A DNA stretch of 60,000 nt from Camelus ferus (taxonomy: Eukaryota). The position numbers and the translations under genes were made by a program. The stretch covers positions 95,172,001-95,232,000 of the forward strand of contig NC_045696.1 in the NCBI RefSeq assembly GCF_009834535.1. The letters are read 5' to 3'. Shown piece after piece: positions 23,885-37,713 of the stretch. The stretch's first letter is position 1; the number at the start of each line of letters is the position of its first letter. The notes under the pieces were generated by a model. It was not told where the DNA came from and ran no database searches. It saw nothing but the letters and a program-made list of their open reading frames with translations.

Positions 23885-25934
23885 CTACAAGGGAAAAAGA
23901 GATAATCTTCGTTACAACAGACAATATCTAAAAGCAGTTTCAACATACATTCAACAAGAAAACTGAATTTCTTCCTTTACAGTGGACGCTGTAGCTTCAT
24001 GTAAAAACCAAAAAACACTTCACAAGTACAGATGGACCTAAATTTGTTTATCATCTCTTTGAGAATAAAATGACAAGCACGGCTTCATAAAATTGTATAA
24101 TCTGCACAAATATCACCCAATACCAAGCTCAAAGTACAAAACACATTTGCAGAACCAAGGGGCATAATGTAGTAAAGCTCTTTTTAGCACCATCATTGTG
24201 GGGTGGAATTTACAATTCACTTTATTTTTCTTCTAAAGTCTAATAGGTTTCAAGGGTAATGTCTTGGCCCACAAAATGAAAATCCAGGCATCAATCCTGT
24301 TAAACACAGTTTGCTATATTTGGGTGCTTGATTAGCAGAGTATCTGTTTGGAAGAAAATTAAAAAGTGACTCTTTTGGATAATTTAAAATTTGGATTTTT
24401 TTCCCCTAAAGCCAAGAAAAATAAAAATCATCCCGTATGCCCCTGACAAACTGTGGCTGAATCGATATTACAATGTACTTGTGAATTACTAGTTTCATTT
24501 TTACATGAGATTTGTTCCCATCAGAGAATCTTTACATGTTAAAGTATGCTTTAGAATACAACTTTGAGAATGAAAGAAATCACCATTTTGCTGCACTCGA
24601 AAACCAGTTTAAATATTGCAACTCCTCGTGAAAATGAGGAATCACTTGTTAAATAAACAGAACATTAAAGAGTATGTTTCAATACAGACAAATCCACTGG
24701 TTTGCTGACCGATGAACTTACAGCCATTTGGTATCATTTTTTTCAACCTGGATTATTGCTAAGAAATAGAACATAGTTACACAGATACATAACAAACATA
24801 CCCAAGTGACTATGAGAGCTTGAAACATTTTTTTTAACATGTCAAAAGGAGACCTCTGCTTCCAAACCTACATACTATGAAGTGATGTGTTCATTAAAAA
24901 ATGTGGCTGTTGTTCAGAATAATAAACCTTATTATCAGAACTGCATTGAGAGAGCTTATGAACTAGGTAAAAATCAGTTTCAATAGTTTAATTCGGGATT
25001 GTAGCACATCTTGGGGAGGGACTTCTCAAACTGAGTCTACCATTTTTTCTTACATGGCTCTCATATTTTGTCTCTACTCTTCTGCATGGGCTCGACCTTC
25101 AAGCAGCTCTTCCTGTGGGCTATTATCACAAAGGTTCTGAACGGGTTCTCTGCCGCCATCTGACTCAACACCCCATCCCTTTTTCTATAAGGCCCTTACT
25201 TCTCCCTTCTCTCTATAACAACCCCCACTGTCCAAATTCACTTAATTTCTGAGTCTGTTAGGAAGCTCCTTCATCTTGGCTCCAAGAAATTCATTGAAAC
25301 CTCTCTTACTTTAACATGGAGCGCTGTAAGTGACACCTTTATCTCATTGTCTAGTCACCTTGATTTCATCGACCTGGTAAATAACACAGGGTAGGGACCA
25401 AAAAGTCACCGGTGAATGTGTTGATCAAAAGATAAATGAATGAAAGGAAGCAACAAAGGATGATCACCCGTTTTATTTACCAGATTCAGTTTTAAACGCC
25501 ATGGCTCTTTTTAAATATAAAAATAACTACCTAATATACTTCTGGGCACATATGATAACTTGAATGTAGGCGTATTGAATAAAACAGATCCTCTGAGGAT
25601 GAAAAATGCCCATCTTTGCAAGTATCTAAGTTAACATGTCTGAAGGCAAACCACCAGAACTTCCACCATTTGAGCAATGGTAACATCTGCAGCACTATAG
25701 GCTCTTCCAAAGAGACTATTCTAAAGCATCTAAAATTTATCTATGCATATGCAGGTGTAGGGGTGGGTGTGTGTGTGTGCATGCATGTATGTGACTGTGT
25801 GAATGTATTTATTTAAAGTCAGACTCTACATTCTAATGACCCCGTGTGTGGGGAAGCATGGGGTAAAGTGGGTTTGTGTTCTCCTTTAGGATTTAGCCAA
25901 ACAATTTTCAAATAAAACAAATGCTGACCTACAC

Positions 25935-26152
25935 CAGGAATCAGCAAGCTACTGCCTGTGAGCCACAGCCAGCCTGCTGCCTATTTTTGTAAATAAAGTT
26001 TTACCCGGGACACAGCACACCCTTTTACACACTGCCTCTGGGCGCCTTCACACTACAATGGCAGAGCTGAGCAGCTGCAACACAAATCATATAGCCCACA
26101 TGCCAAAAATATCTACCATCCGGTCTTTTAAGAAAAAGTTTGCCAACCCCTG
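25935..26152. mobile_element. MER58A-like hAT MITE
   Basis: Terminal inverted repeats caggaatcagcaa / ttgccaacccctg, internal tttttgtaaataaagtttta, decayed 8-bp TSD acctacac/acctatgc. Confidence 0.8.
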
Positions 26153-26467
26153 ACCTATGCCTTCTATTTAGTTTTGGATGGTGTTTTTCCTTCATGGTTA
26201 TGTTTATTTCTAATATAAAACAAAAACAACATTTACTGACCCTAAGTATTACGTATATTAAGTGCCATTAACGTATTTATTATAAATTCACATGATAAAA
26301 TGCCTCATAACCCATCTAAGATATAATTGAGCGCTCTACATAAATATATTCTTTGACATTTTGCAAAACTCTCTTAAGTGCATTACAAAATTGTTATTTT
26401 TTTTAAAACCCACCACAAAAATATACTCCATATTACTTAATGAACTTACTGTTCAGTGATGAAAATT

Positions 26468-26524
26468 CTACATCTGGGTAACATACTTGTGGCTAGTCAG
26501 ATGTTCGGCAGATATTATGGGTAT
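26468..26524 (-). CDS. MBNL1: MBNL1 last coding exon (exon spans 26450-26524): IPIISAEHLTSHKYVTQM*
   Basis: tttgctag|ATACCC acceptor, TAG at 26468-26470, donor ACA|gtaagt at 26450; known MBNL1 C-terminus. Confidence 0.96.
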   Translation of the reverse strand: MPIISAEHLTSHKYVTQM

Positions 26525-27595
26525 CTAGCAAATAAAAAATTATTTAATGAATGATCCATGCAAGCAAGCCAACATCCAAGAGATGAAAACATTTTAATAT
26601 TAAATTTTTTAAGATATGTGAAATTCAGCTGTGAGGTGATAGTCCTTATCTGGTCAACATAACAGTAAGTTAATGTAAACTTAATGCCAAAGTAGCAACC
26701 CATTGTTTCGAAATCTTTGTGTTAAATACTATTCTATAAATGTTATCAGTTTTTAGGAAGTAAAAGAAGTAAAACTACCAAAAATTCATGCAGAGCAGTA
26801 ATTGAAAAGAAGCCCTTTTTGTTGGCCTACACACACACACCCCTGTGGTTTCGGTTATTCGGTAATCCAGAAATCAAAGTACAACATGTCTTGCCTATTT
26901 TTGTGCAACCAATTTCTACATTTTCATTCAACTTCTGGTGTCTCATGGTTTTTTTTTCTCCCCAAATGAAAAATACCAGGTAAGAATTACAAAGGAGTAT
27001 GTCAAAAGAATCGGATAAGAGCATAAGTTTACTTCAGAACATATTTCTGAAACCTGATTACACATTTTATTGTATTTTAAATGGGCAAGAGAATTAAAAA
27101 AAAAAAAAAAAACTTGAGAGAAAATACAATAAGAAACCAATTGTTTCCCCAAAGCCAAGATTTTCCAATTTGTAGCCTGATTCTTCTCCAACCCAGAATT
27201 AGGACTGCTATCCTGGGAGAGGCTAGAATAGACTAAGACAATCAGAGGACCGGAAGCACAGGTCCTAACACTACTGATCCATTTCCGGGTGTGTGCCCCT
27301 GAGCAAAGCACTCAGTCCCTCCGTGCTTCAGTTTCTTCATCTCTAAAATGGCACTAATCCCATTTCAGCAAGGTTGATGGGAGGACAGTGAAATCACATA
27401 CATGAAGGCATTTTGTTGTTGCTGTTTCAATTTAGATGTCTTAGACTCATTCCACATTATCACAATCCACAGTCTGGAGTGTAAATTAATATGTCTCTAT
27501 TTTATTTCCATTTCTCAGCTGACATCTTTACACAATTTTACAGCATTGGCAAATGGCACGAAAATGTGCTCCAAGCATAATGAAGCTTCTCATAC

Positions 27596-27659
27596 CATTT
27601 TTCCTGCTGCTGCAGGACAGGATGTTGCACCCAACAGTGTAGAAGCATCAAGGATGGGG
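27596..27659 (-). CDS. MBNL1: MBNL1 64-nt alternative exon: (S)PILDASTLLGATSCPAAAGKM
   Basis: ttcgacag|CCCCATCC...AAAATG|gtatga; the peptide matches an MBNL1 isoform C-terminus as I recall it. Confidence 0.85.
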
Positions 27660-29567
27660 CTGTCGAAACATACCAAGGACCTTCAACACCAATCGATGCA
27701 GATGAAGGGCCAGCTATAAACTTCTGCATGCATGCAGGCTGCATTTTGTGGCATCAGCTATTTCCAGCATTGCTAATGTATTGTGGGCATATACATATGT
27801 ATGTATATGTAGATATAATATATGTGTGTATATATATATCCATTCCCTTTTCTTTCTCTTGGTTGTAAAACAGTATGAAGACCCAAGATTATGCATGAAA
27901 TGGTCACAGCACAATGCAAAAAGTAAAGTGTCCCCTACAACCCAGGTGGCCAAGGGCATGTTGAAATTTGCTTTGCTGTAGTTCCGCTTACACCAGCAAT
28001 TCTATAGTCATACATGGTACGTACACTCAAGATGAGTTCAGCATCATTGATCTGCACCATAAACGGACTGCAGTGAACCCATTAAGAAATTTCTGCCACA
28101 GATTACTCACTAACATGCCACATATGCACAAGCTAGCATTCTTGTAAATGAGTCTGAAGTGTTAGCATAAATCCAGGGCTATTTTGACAAGCTTCGGAAA
28201 AACTAATGATTCTTTGCCAAGAAGTGTTTAAAGCTTGTCTGAAACTTTAAAATACATCCATTTTGGCATGCTGCTTTTGAGAGTTTTTAATGGCTATACT
28301 AATCACTTATAGTCCTTCTTCAACAGCACATGGGGTATTGCAGAAACAAGGGTGGCTACTCCTTACAGCAGTAACTGCAAATTCAGATGGCACGTAATCG
28401 GTCTTCTCTTCCCAAGGGGCGACACGTTGATTCCCATCTGAAACTGGCTCTTTTTAGATTCATTTGGCTATGTTTAACCCTGGTCTGAGGGTTATCTGAA
28501 ATTTGATTTGGCTCTAGATTTTTTTTTTTTTCGGATGCTGTTAACCTTATTGAACTTTGCTTTCATAACAAACATGTCAATATATTCAAATCAAAACCTA
28601 CTTTACATAAATGTGACTTTGATTCAACCAGCATTTGCTGGAACGTAATTTTTAAATAGGATCAGAATATGCTGGCTCAATCCATGTAAATTTTAAAATT
28701 TAAATATTTTAATCATTTTCTTTGGAATAATCCCATCATAAAATTTAGATTTCTGAAACAGATCCCTTTTACTTAAAAAATAATCCTATGTACCTGTTGC
28801 TCCATATACTTGTATGGAGCACAGAACAACTTGGTTTGCCATATCTGATGCCTTTTTTATCCTTCATAACCCTCCAACGTTTATGCTGAGTAGTTATAGA
28901 AATAAGAGCCCTTAGGAATTTTACTTTGTTACTTGAATCACTGAGAATCAAAACTTGGACAAAAATTTACTTCCAATATGCAATCTGCTTATTGAATAAA
29001 ACAATCATGAATTTAAAACAAACTCTATTTACAAGAGTGGTCATTTGTGGCATATGTCACACATTAAAATATTTTGCTTTTTATTAACAATTTAGGCAAG
29101 AACTGAGAAACTGTATATATCAAATGTTTATAATGAAAACTTTCAAATCACCAATATTTTTACAATTATTGTTTTTATTCAATAAGTTTCAGGTGTACGG
29201 CTTTATAGTTCAACATCTATATAAACTGCACTACATATTTTTGATTGGTAAAAATACATGGGTGATTTTTTTGAGACCAAATGAGAATTGCTCGTGTAAA
29301 TATCATTTTAGTAGCTTTAGAAATGGAGCTGCGACAACTCTGGAGCACTTATAAATGGCATAAAAGCATTCTGCTGCTCATCGTAGAGAGAATGTGTAGG
29401 CCAACAAGAGGTATCTTTGAAACCCCATGCTATTAAAGCACCCTCGACAGCCCTCACGGACACACGATTCCCACTGACCTCAATGGGAAATCCACGTGCG
29501 TAAGGGCTGTTGGACTGAGCCCTATTAAGAGTCGGTTTTTAAGAAACAAAGCTGTAAATTAGCAAAC

Positions 29568-29662
29568 CTGGTTGGCTGTGGCTGTTGCAGCGAAGGGAAC
29601 ACTTGTGGCAGATGTTGTTGCTGCGGACACAGTGGCTGGCGTAGCACCGTGCACCATGGGAA
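29568..29662 (-). CDS. MBNL1: MBNL1 95-nt exon: [32 protein letters not shown]
   Basis: ccgaaag|TTCCC...CCAG|gtttgc; peptide lies within ORF 29559..29813. Confidence 0.96.
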
Positions 29663-30357
29663 CTTTCGGAGGGAAAATCATATAAGCAAACATACAGAAG
29701 AGTGTAGCAATATGGAAACCATGGCAACATGGAGGAGATAATTGGGCATGGTATTTATCACAGCAATAAGCCATGTGACGGGACATCATCACCAGCGAGT
29801 GACATGCAATCACAGCGCAAAGCAGGACAACATTCCAAGGAGAGAAGGGGAAGGGGGATGAAAGAGAAAAAAAAAAGGGGAAAAAAAGCTTGTTACCATC
29901 AAATCAAGAAAATTGACACAAACAGGCTTAATTTGCTAAGTCAAAAACAAGAATTTTATATAGTGTTCATAGTCAGACATTCAAAATCTAAGTCAAAATA
30001 CAGGTATTTACTTCATATATACAATTATCTGTTTGAATGAAAGTATGTTTTCTTATTTGCTATTATAAAAATATACAACATATTACTGTTATGAGATAAT
30101 TTCTTTTTTTTTTTTTTAACACCAGAACTCATAGTCCAATCAAAATCCACCAAAGGTGACTAAAGGAAACTTGTGTGTAAAGAAACATTTATGTGAGTCC
30201 ATGTCAATTAAATAGAAAATGGCATTTAATTGACAGGTGTTAGTAAAAGGGAAATGGACTTGCCCAATAGATATAAGTTAAACTTAGCAGTGGATTTTGA
30301 GGGGCTGTGAGGTGCACCATAGGTTTAAGATAATCAAGAAACAAAGCTGGCACCTAC

Positions 30358-30393
30358 CAACACTTGTAGCGGGTGTCATGCACAATATTGAGC
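30358..30393 (-). CDS. MBNL1: MBNL1 36-nt cassette exon (exon 7): GSILCMTPATSV
   Basis: gggcag|GCTCAATATTGTGCATGACACCCGCTACAAGTGTTG|gtaggt. Confidence 0.95.
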
Positions 30394-33300
30394 CTGCCCA
30401 TCATGCATTGCAACAGGAAGGTGGATTTGAAAAGGGAAAAGAATTAAAACATCCCATCACACGTGTAATTAGGAAATTCATTTGAACAAAGAAGAAAAAT
30501 TGTTATTATGGGAACAGTGGCATGTAACTGTCAGCACAATCAAATCATACAATAGCACAGTGCTCAATTAGAACTAGTCTCAAGTGAAGAATAAAAGCCA
30601 GTTTAACTGTGTGCTGGTACACTTTGTTTCTCCTAATGGCTGCCTATAAATAAAAGTATTCTGAAAAAAATTGCAACCTGCTTAATTCTTTTAAAAATAA
30701 TATTGCAATTTGTTTTGTTTTAATCTGGTTACTAGCCATCTGGTAGCTTTGCTATTTCTGACTTTAACATATGAATTGAGCACATGTTAAATAATTAGAG
30801 AAATTTATCATTAAGAAGCTAAATAATTCAAGGCACAAAACTGACTTAACAATGTAATGAAACCAAAACACTTTCATTTTCATTCCCTTGGTTTTATTAA
30901 GTTCCCTGTTCATTGTAGGAGCGACCACACAGACATGGAAGGGGCTGTCATCATCCCTACAGGAATTTTATTTGGAGGGATACCAAGCAATAAATTATAC
31001 ATGAAGATAAAGTGAAACTTCTGCATTGCCTTACTTTGGAATTTAAATGTAAGGAAAACATTTAGATGGGGGACACTTTCTTATGAGACTCTAATTGGCT
31101 TACGTAGTTGGTATCTAGGAAAAACAGATTGGTTTTCATTGCTGGTTTAGACCCTCAGGACTTCTTGGAATAGCAAGTGTTCTACAAGATTTCACATTCA
31201 AAAAATGGTTAATTAGACTTCAATAAAAAATCCTGAATGGGAGATAATGAAGATACATACATTGCATATGGGGTGTTAGCACTGATGTTTCACAATGGCT
31301 CCACCATGATGTTAAAATAAATATTACAGATATAGTCCCTGCTCTCTTTAACATATAAACATTGAAAAATCTAACATATTTTACCAAGTACAGGGCATTT
31401 TCCCACATACTGAATTACTGTTCTTTCTATGAGATTATTTTAGACTTCTAGGTTTTAAAATATCAAATGATTTTGTATTTCTATCTAAATCTTGGTGCCT
31501 CCTATTTAAATACTAGCAGCATCTGGGATGAACATTTGCTAGAAAAATATCTGCCAATTGAGTCTTGTCAGAGATGGCCCGACAAAACAAAGCTGCCATG
31601 GAGAAGTACAGGATTCCTTAACTGGCATCCTTGTAACAGCTGCAATTAGACTGTAATCACAATTAGACTGTGTGCACAACGATCAGCGATTAGACCCGGC
31701 AAAGGAGCTGGGGCGGCAACCTCTCAGGTGGAGTACTGTTACACTGATAGGCAGTATTTAAGGCACTTGAAGATCTCTGTCATTTGCTACCACTACTGAG
31801 TCAAAGAATTGTGAAAAGACAACAAAAACAAGCCAGTAGTAACAAAGACAGTAATTTGAGACAGTAGAGTGAGCAAAATTTAATACTCTAGATCCTATGA
31901 AATTATTATCCTCTAATAATGGGGTGGGAAAGCTGGGAAAGAGAGGATGAGAAGATGAACAGAAAAGAATGATGTGGATTTTAAGGAATACTCATTTTAA
32001 ATAGTGTACAGGTTATGTTTTAAATTTATTATTTATTGTTATGCTGCAATTTGCCTGCTGTATTTCATCCCATGCATAATTAAGGCTGCACATGCTGAAA
32101 ATGAGTTAACCTTATCCTATCTCTCTAAAACCCTGGGGCTTTTATGCTTTGAATTTCAGTTTGAGTTATCTTCCTCATTACCATTATAACCAATGCACAC
32201 AGTTTTGAAAGGGATTTGCAGCAAATAAACATAAGGCAGCAATGAAAATACTAGCCAGGGTGCAGTAACTCACAAATATGAAGACATAATGCTGTAGGAC
32301 CCACTTACCACAAACAAGAATCACTTTTGAAATGACCATAATATCCATCTTTACATCAAATGGGTTGGTTTACTAATAATGATTACACAAATAGCCAATT
32401 TAAATTTTTTTCTTCAATTTTCAGTACAAGGCAAAATTTAAGTGAATGTATTTGCCAATGTCAAATTTCCCCTACGAAGATACCTGCACAGCAGAATGGT
32501 GTGTTTCTGAGGAATGCAATAATTACATGATTTTTAAATTAATCTGTGTGAAGATGCAGGAAAAGTAACTAGGAAGGTAATGTATGAGATGTATGCATGG
32601 GTTAACATTAGTTCAAGGAGAAGGGACGGAAGTAGAAAGAAAGAGTTAATAACAGAGATTTGGTTGGCGGTTTGAATTTACATGTGATAATGTAAGCCTG
32701 TTTAGGTGTATTATGATAGAAGTATAAAACTGATTTAAAGTGTCTCTAAAAATAATTTGTATTATTTAAAACTGAAAGTTCACAATCAATTGAATTATTC
32801 TCAACTTGATATCTAAAGAAGCAACAGATTCATATAATTTATTTCTGTTTCTATTCAACCTATTGGAGTCTATTTTATTGCACTATTGAGTTCAGGAAAT
32901 AACAAATAAAACTTGGTGCTTACTATATTTCAGGCTTTATTCTAAATTTTCAGACCTGTCTATAAAAGTTCTTTTTAGAGAATGTTTTATCAAATTATGT
33001 TTAAAACTCATTTAAACATAACTCTATGAAATAATTACCAGTATTATCTCCATTTTATAGATTAAAAAAATGAAACTACAGAGAGATTGTAACTTGTGAG
33101 AGAGCTGGATGTAAACTTCCAAGCCTGATGTATAATCACTATGCCAAGTTTCAAGTCCACTGTCTGCACTAATTTCATTAATTATAATAAAAGCGGTAAG
33201 TTGGAAATCTTTGTTTCCTTTTCTTTCTGTTAAAATAACCCCATTCTCCTGCAGCTCCCTCTCTCTCCAACCCCTCAGGAAACTTTCCTGACCTTTGGTT

Positions 33301-36300
33301 TCCTTATTTCTGGTGGTGTTGCAATGCAAGGTGAAGCTGAAGCTGTTTTTAATGCAAACTTCTTTTGAGATCTTTTAAAATCCTAAGCCTACACCAATTG
33401 ATGGCAACATGCTAGGAGGAGAGAAGGGAGGTGTGCTTCTGAGGATGGCAGGTAGGCAAAAACAGGGAAGGAGAGCAGAGAGAAAAATTCCTCCAGACTC
33501 TGAAGAAGAGGCCGGCAGTCTGCAGGCTCCCGCAGTAGCTGGCAGGTGGTCTGCTCCCTGATGACAGCCCTGCAGGCAGCAGGCTCTCAAGGAAACGGGC
33601 TGCTTGTGAGGCTGAGGGGTGCAGGCAAGGGTGCTGCACCCATGGCAGGCACAGGAGCACCGCAGTGCCTGCCTCCCAGACATCCCGTAAACATGGGCAA
33701 TGATCACATCAGCCGTGACCAGAATGGAGAATGGGCAGCCTGTCTGAGACTATTGGACTGCACAGGACCTCGCTCTGAGGGGGAGCAGGAAGGAAGAGGA
33801 GATGTGAGGATGCTGTCCTGGAATCCCAGTAATGCCTGATACTTCTACCCATCACAGTGAAACTAGAGTTTACCACTGGACTTTAAATTCAGGAAAATAA
33901 ACTGGTATAAATAAAAGTGATCTTTCTTACACACTCTAATTTCAGGGGTGACATTTATACCTACAACATAAGGAGACCCTAGATTATGCATAATCTGCAT
34001 AATCTATTCATTATCTGCATAATGAATAATAAATTTTGTCTTAAAAGGTGAAGGTTAAAAAAAAGTGCTATATATCTAAAAAAAATTCTTCAATGTGAAC
34101 TTAATCTAAATTACTTGTATTTATTTTTAAATGAGATGGAGAGTGTAAAAACAAAAGTCTGGAAAACTTCCTTGGTGGGGGAGGGGGAAGGGAGTGAGAG
34201 AGTAGATGCAGTGAGATGGGGTTGACTGAGTGAATGGCAAGATGGACGAATGGATGAGTAGGTGGAAAGGTGGACAGAAAACAGAGAAGGAACAAAAGAA
34301 AGAGGAAGGGAAGGAGGTAGGGAGAGAGAGAATAGATAGGTGGTTAGAAGAATGGATAGATAAATGGATAGATGGATAGATACATGGACGGACAGATGGA
34401 TGACGAATCAATGAGTGTATGCTGCATAAGTCTAATTTTTTTTCATAAGAGTTATGGTATATACTGATTTATCTTAGCTAGCCAGCTGGCTTGCCACTGA
34501 ACTCTGATCTTTTGCCAACAACCCTCTCTGTATACATAGCTACCTGCTCAAAGCATTTAGACAACCATGCTTCATTGTAACTTCAATGAAATAGACCTGC
34601 ATATCCTTGAAGTTATCATTGAAGCAAGAAACTACAGAACTCTAAAACTCTAAGCTGCAAAAAATAAATGACTTCCATTTTCTTCTCTGTTCCAAGAAAG
34701 CCTTCAGCATATAATTTCCCAATTATAATATTGTGGTTAGACAAGATGCTCTGATCATATAATTCTTCTAGGTCTGCAGAATAACCTAGACTTTGGAGAA
34801 TGAACTTCCTTCTTCCCCAGGTGTTACACATGAGATTACATATGAGTTTGTGGCAGGATGGATTTTCTATAGCTCTCAAAGGGTATTAAAAATTAAATTA
34901 GTTGACAACATTTGAAGATTGAGAAATTTCACATATAAACATCCAAACATCCAGAATATCTAGGGAAAAAAATCCTAAGATCTGGCAACACTGGACATCA
35001 GGGCCATTGCATTAGGTTGAACAGGTGTGTATATAAGCAACCCTAGGACGCATAGGCACAAATACCCTTGTTCGCAGACTATGATGTATGTGGAGCCACA
35101 AAGGGTGTGCAGTGCACAACAGGTACAACCAGCCAGGCAGATAATCCTCTGAGGCAACAAAAGGCTAAGTCTGAACACTGAGCAGCCCCTTTGAACTGGA
35201 CCTGTGCTCTCCAGTACCTCCCAGGTCCCACAGTTCCTCACTGATTTCTTGCTTCACTTGTTTATGTTTCCTCCCTGGCCCTTAAGGCATTTGGGTTTAC
35301 ATTCTCTGCATTAGATTTCTTTCCTTTCTGGGTTTGGCGGAAGTGTAGATGGGCTATCCAAACAGGTACCTATGGCAATGAAAATACTTTTAAGGAATGA
35401 TGGAGGCAGTACCTACTTCTGATTATGAGACCTTTACTAGGCTAACCTGCAGTTTAAGTCCTTTAGAACTGGGTTGCAAATAAGTGGTATTTTATATTAC
35501 TATTGCAATAATTTCGTATCATATTGACTATAAATATCAAGAACAGAATATCTCTGAAGCAGATTTATCATAAAATGCAAATATATCTTAAAATGTTCAG
35601 CGTATTTCAATACATTGTGGCACATTTTATTTAAATTAACAATGCTTAGTTTCTAGAACAGAGAGCTAAGCATGATTCTGAATTATGAAGGTGTTCACTG
35701 TTCATTGCTTTTCCCTGACTTGATCCTTACCTAGCATCTTTTGCTTTGCCCTATCCACAGACTAAAGATCACTCTAGGGAAGACCCTATTGTCATAAGTC
35801 AGAGTCATACATACCATGCAATTAATGATTATACTCACTTAGAAAAGTCTTTAGTCATTTGAATGTTGTTGGAGAAACAGATGCAAAATCCATTTGATAA
35901 GACAGATTATTTTAGGTTTCTTTAAATAATGTATGGAAGAAGTTAGATTTGTTTTTATTTTTAGATTTTTAAATAGGGAAACTGTCATTTCTAACAGCAA
36001 TGTTTTATTTAGAGAAATAAACAGACAAAAACAATTTTTAATTTCTTCAAAGACATTATGGTAGTTACCTACAATCCTCTGAAACTTTGTCTAGCGTTCT
36101 GACTATTGAGAAACTGATAGATTGATTGTTGGGGACAGCATAAAAGTAGGGGCATGGCAATTTATACTAATGCAAAAAGACACATTTCTGGAAATCTCTG
36201 AAAAACTATATTTATTGAGAAGAAAGCTTTAATACCATAAAATGTAAGAGAAATGTGACTTTTCCCTCAGAAGGCAACAAATACCCTACCGATCAAAATG

Positions 36301-37559
36301 ATTTAGTTTCTACTCTAAAATGGACAAACTACAACTTGATAGATACTATTTCATGAGTACAAATACCATTTTATCTGTGGTGCTGAGGGCACAGGCTGTT
36401 TCAATGAGTGGAATATTCCAGTTCATTGAATGTTTACAGCACAGTCTACATATGGATGGCTAGTTTTCAAAGATGCACTGTATAAAAAGTTGTGCTTAAC
36501 AGTAAAAACTAATGCAAATATAATTTTATTCTTGTATTATTCAAAAACAAATGATCCCATTCCCTCACGGTATTTTGAACCTAATGCACTATAAATATTA
36601 TTAATGTAGCATAATACACTAATGGGGCCAGATCTTTGACCTATATACTTAACTGTAAACTTATCAATTTAATTAATAAAATAAAATTACTTTTAATTAA
36701 TAAAACAGAATGTATTTAATAAATAAGTCTCTTAACACATGGTAATTTTTTAGAAAAATTAAGAGGTAAAGAGGAAGATGGGGTTAGAGTCTCTGGTTAG
36801 TTGAATTCCAGATTACAGGGAGTTTAATATGTATTTTCTGATGAAGAGTGAGCAAAAGTGATAAATGTAGAGGTACTTAGAATGACTGATTAGTTTATGT
36901 TTTTAAATTGGATATCCTTGTGCATAGTTCTAGAGTGTGTTAATATGACTAAGTTGAAATCAACTGAAACCACTAAGGTATAACTCAATAATAAACGTAA
37001 ACTTCACTGGGCTCTTAGGGCTAGTTCAGTATTAGTCCAGGAGCAATGATTTTAAGCGCTGTACTGATTGGTGCCGATAAGAGCACTTTTTAAGAGCTCT
37101 GGAACACAGAGTCAGTTTTTTATTCTCCACCTTGAAAACGAAAAGGCTGAAAAATAAAAAATCAAAACTGAAAAGTGTCATTTCATATCATTCAAATGAA
37201 CTCTATGGAATCATGAAGGCAAAGGGGTCTTACAGCAGGAAAGGGTCATAAAATAGCTTGACAGACATAGAACAGTGTGGAGGAAAGAGAAAAAAAATAA
37301 GAGAACTACATTTCAATGCAAATTACACAAACAAAAATAAATATATGAAACACCACTGATCTTTAATTCATCTTTCATTACGCTAAAATTCTCAGGTTTT
37401 AAGGAAACCACAGGAGATAACCTCAGACAAGTCTCCACTGTTCACCCTCTTACCTTCCACCTGCTCTATAGCTAACGACAAACTGGGGGCGAGGAGCATC
37501 TGCTCTATGGTAGGATTCTACGTGCATCATCGGACTCATTGACAAACTCAGCCCCTTAC

Positions 37560-37713
37560 CTGGTGGGAGAAACGCTGTATGCTGCTGTAACTGCATGTTG
37601 GCTAGAGCCTGTTGGTATTGGAAAATACCAGTGTTAAAGACTGCGGTGGCACCGTTGGTTTTTTCAAGAGCAGGCCTCTTTGGTAATGGGGGAAGTACAG
37701 CTTGAGGAATTCC
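37560..37713 (-). CDS. MBNL1: MBNL1 154-nt exon (exon 6): [18 protein letters not shown]...HTAFLPP
   Basis: aaacag|GGAATT...CCAG|gtaagg; contains the KRPALE nuclear-localisation motif. Confidence 0.97.

Noticed and set aside
34200..34415. Purine-rich GGAT/GGAA tract
   Set aside because: Ordinary degenerate simple repeat with no further structure.
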